From Bryobacterales bacterium (GTDB lineage Bacteria > Acidobacteriota > Terriglobia > Bryobacterales > UBA6623), in assembly GCA_041394905.1 (NCBI GenBank), contig JAWKHJ010000013.1, positions 49,306-113,305 of the forward strand: a stretch of DNA of 64,000 bases. The letters run 5' to 3'. Shown here piece after piece: positions 62,380 to 64,000 of the stretch. Numbering within the stretch: position 1 is the first letter of the stretch; each line of letters begins with the position of its first letter. The position numbers were made by a program, and so were the translations under genes. The notes beneath the pieces were generated by a model that searched no databases, was not told the DNA's origin, and saw only the letters and a list, made by a program, of their open reading frames with translations.

Positions 62380-62734
62380 CGCACGCCCCCTGCTCGGCGC
62401 GTTCCTCGGCTTGCTCGCAGTTGAGGAAGATCTTTTCTCCGTCCAGCCGAATCGGCCCGCTGGCTTGCAGGTCGACAACGTCCGCTTTCACTTCGAAGCG
62501 GCCGCAGTCCACGGACACCGCTTCGGCTGCGTCCACTTCCAGCCGCTGCGCCGAGGCCCGGATCACCGGCCCTTCGTCAGTGAGCAAGATGGAGACTTCC
62601 ACCTGCCCGCGTTTGGAATGGATCTCGACGGTTTCCGCCCCTTCCGCGGAGGTGATGACGAGCCGTCGCCCAGACGAGAGCTCGCGCGAAAGAGCCGGCT
62701 CGCCGCTCGTCGGCGGCAATGTTGCAGTAGCCAT
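62372..62734 (-). CDS. small beta-strand-rich protein, spike beta-helix-like, translationally coupled to the PAAR gene
   Basis: From ATG 62734 the ORF is 120 aa. It reads ..RLVITSAEGAETVEIHSKRGQVEVSILLTDEGPVIRASAQRLEVDAAEAVSVDCGRFEVKADVVDLQASGPIRLDGEKIFLN plus an acidic tail. High GC3, while the opposite-strand reading is junk. Stop and start overlap as ATGAGTAG. No Shine-Dalgarno sequence seen. Confidence 0.5.
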   Translation of the reverse strand: MATATLPPTSGEPALSRELSSGRRLVITSAEGAETVEIHSKRGQVEVSILLTDEGPVIRASAQRLEVDAAEAVSVDCGRFEVKADVVDLQASGPIRLDGEKIFLNCEQAEERAEQGACDE

Positions 62735-62812
62735 GACGGAAGTAGACCACATCTGAACGGGCGAGGTAACCCTCACAGCGCTCCCGGTCGATGCTTTGTC
62801 ATACTTCCCGCA

Positions 62813-63634
62813 ATGGACATCGTCGACACCCACGCACACATCTACTCGCCGGACGAGAAGAAGTATCCGACGATCGCCAAGCCCCTTCGTCCGCCCGACG
62901 GCGTTGGCTCGCTCGAAGATCTGAGCGAAGCAACCAAGGCGAACGGCGTCGCCGCGGCGTGCCTGATCCAGGTCTCGACGTTCTATCGCTTCGACAACCG
63001 CTACATCTGTGACAGCGCCGTCGCTGCAAAGGACTGGACGGCCGGCGTTTGCACGCTCGATCCGGACGATCCGCACAGCCCCGGTATGCTCTTGCACTTC
63101 CAGCAGAAGTACGGCTTGAAAGGGATGCGCTCGATTCCCGCGTCGGACGGGCGGCTCGACCACCCAGGCGTTCGTGCGCTTTGGAAGGCTGCCTCAGACA
63201 ACGGCTTGGTCATCAACGTCCTGGTCGGACGCGACAAAGCGCCGGAGGTTGATCGCCTGCTGGCGGACTTCCCCAATTTGCGCGTGGTGCTCGATCACTG
63301 CATGAACTTAAAGGTCGGCCCCGAGCTGGCGCCGACGCTGGACGCCGTGCGCCGGCTCTCGCGGCGCAAGAACCTGCACGCAAAGCTCACCTTCATCCCG
63401 ACCGGCAGCGCGACGGGCTACCCATGCGCGGACATGCACCAAACCTGTCTCGATGTCGTGGACGCCTTCGGCGCTGAGCGCTGCATCTGGGGCAGCGACT
63501 TCCCCAACGCCCTGTGGACGCCAAAGGTGAGCTACTCCGAGCACTTGAAGATCTTCACCGAGGATCTGCCGCTGAAGGGAGCTCAGCGAGAGCAGATCTT
63601 GGGCAAGACGGCGCGGGGCCTGTGGTTCCGCTAG
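62813..63634 (+). CDS. amidohydrolase-2 family (PF04909-like) metal-dependent hydrolase/lactonase
   Basis: MDIVDTHAHIY.. (HxH), ..VVLDHCMN.. and WGSDFP motifs. Only the last 273 codons of the 523-aa ORF 62063..63634 look protein-like. Confidence 0.85.
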   Translation: MDIVDTHAHIYSPDEKKYPTIAKPLRPPDGVGSLEDLSEATKANGVAAACLIQVSTFYRFDNRYICDSAVAAKDWTAGVCTLDPDDPHSPGMLLHFQQKYGLKGMRSIPASDGRLDHPGVRALWKAASDNGLVINVLVGRDKAPEVDRLLADFPNLRVVLDHCMNLKVGPELAPTLDAVRRLSRRKNLHAKLTFIPTGSATGYPCADMHQTCLDVVDAFGAERCIWGSDFPNALWTPKVSYSEHLKIFTEDLPLKGAQREQILGKTARGLWFR

Positions 63635-63649
63635 CTGAGCCCGAACGCC

Positions 63650-63677
63650 AAAGCCCCGCCATCGCTGGCGGGGCTTT
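63650..63677. terminator. bidirectional intrinsic terminator between the amidohydrolase gene and rpsT
   Basis: AAAGCCCCGCC-atcgct-GGCGGGGCTTT, with flanking A and T runs that serve both strands. Confidence 0.7.
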
Positions 63678-63702
63678 ATGTTGAAACCTTGATTGTGTGC
63701 CC

Positions 63703-63969
63703 TTACTGGGCGGTCTTGTTCAGACGCATCGTCAGGCGCGACTTCATGCGGTCGGCCGTGCCCTTGCGGATCACGCCTTTGCGCACGGACTTGTCGATGA
63801 AGCTAATGGTCGGGGACAACAGCTTCTTTGCCTCGTCCACTTCGCCGGCCTCGATCGCCTTCGTCAGCTTCTTCACCTGCGTGCGCATCGCGCTGCGGTT
63901 GGCGCGGTTGATTTCGGAGCGCGTCTCGATCTGACGGATGCGCTTGATTGCGGATTGATGATTTGCCAT
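63703..63969 (-). CDS. rpsT: 30S ribosomal protein S20
   Basis: MANHQSAIKRIRQIETRSEINRANRSAMRTQVKK.., 88 aa, canonical S20. Confidence 0.95.
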   Translation of the reverse strand: MANHQSAIKRIRQIETRSEINRANRSAMRTQVKKLTKAIEAGEVDEAKKLLSPTISFIDKSVRKGVIRKGTADRMKSRLTMRLNKTAQ

Positions 63970-64000
63970 CTGTGTCTCTACAAACTTTGAGGCCCAGAGG

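Noticed and set aside
62063-62812. N-terminal 250 codons of the 523-aa ORF 62063..63634.
   Set aside because: Only the part from ATG 62813 (MDIVDTHAHIY..) looks like an amidohydrolase. The upstream part is junk-like and lies antisense to the PAAR and beta-helix ORFs, which have coherent sequence.

Overview
High-GC chromosomal segment, roughly two-thirds G+C by eye. It looks acidobacterial (Solibacter/Bryobacter-like). Three features support this: a TIGR03437-type C-terminal domain protein, a PSCyt/DUF1549/DUF1553 + DUF1501 gene pair, and a CarboxypepD_reg-type TonB-dependent receptor. I can support about 50 protein genes, one tRNA-Pro(GGG), several intrinsic terminators and one candidate structured ncRNA. 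I saw no rRNA, CRISPR array, transposase or integrase. Recognisable core genes are gltX-glnS (overlapping tandem), alaS, ilvE, fumC, rpsT, gmd-fcl and ku. There are also peptidoglycan enzymes (lytic transglycosylase, AmiC-like amidase), many peptidases (M3, M14, M20), glycosyltransferases and a hybrid histidine kinase. By manual reading, about 18 genes are interrupted by roughly 33 frame changes. These are very unevenly distributed: none in 10.7-16.5 kb, 24.6-38.0 kb or 58.4-64.0 kb, and about 21 in 45.2-58.4 kb. I type the affected genes as pseudogene, but assembly indels are at least as likely as real decay. Candidates most worth follow-up: (1) an orphan overlapping two-gene module, a beta-helix mini-protein plus a PAAR protein, directly upstream of ku with no T6SS/eCIS genes nearby. 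(2) A heme/NO island in which two paralogs of an uncharacterised CxxCH protein are coupled to an Rrf2 (NsrR-like) regulator and to a group III truncated hemoglobin. Both units carry a shared ATGCATCTT(T)ATAG motif at their start codons that resembles an NsrR half-site. (3) A bacterial DUF106/EMC3-like (Oxa1-superfamily) membrane protein with a large insertion. (4) A roughly 215-nt rod-like structured RNA candidate next to tRNA-Pro. (5) An orphan TadZ/CpaE-like protein with a lysine-less Walker A, followed by zinc-ribbon/TPR proteins. All family assignments come from reading translated motifs, not from database searches.
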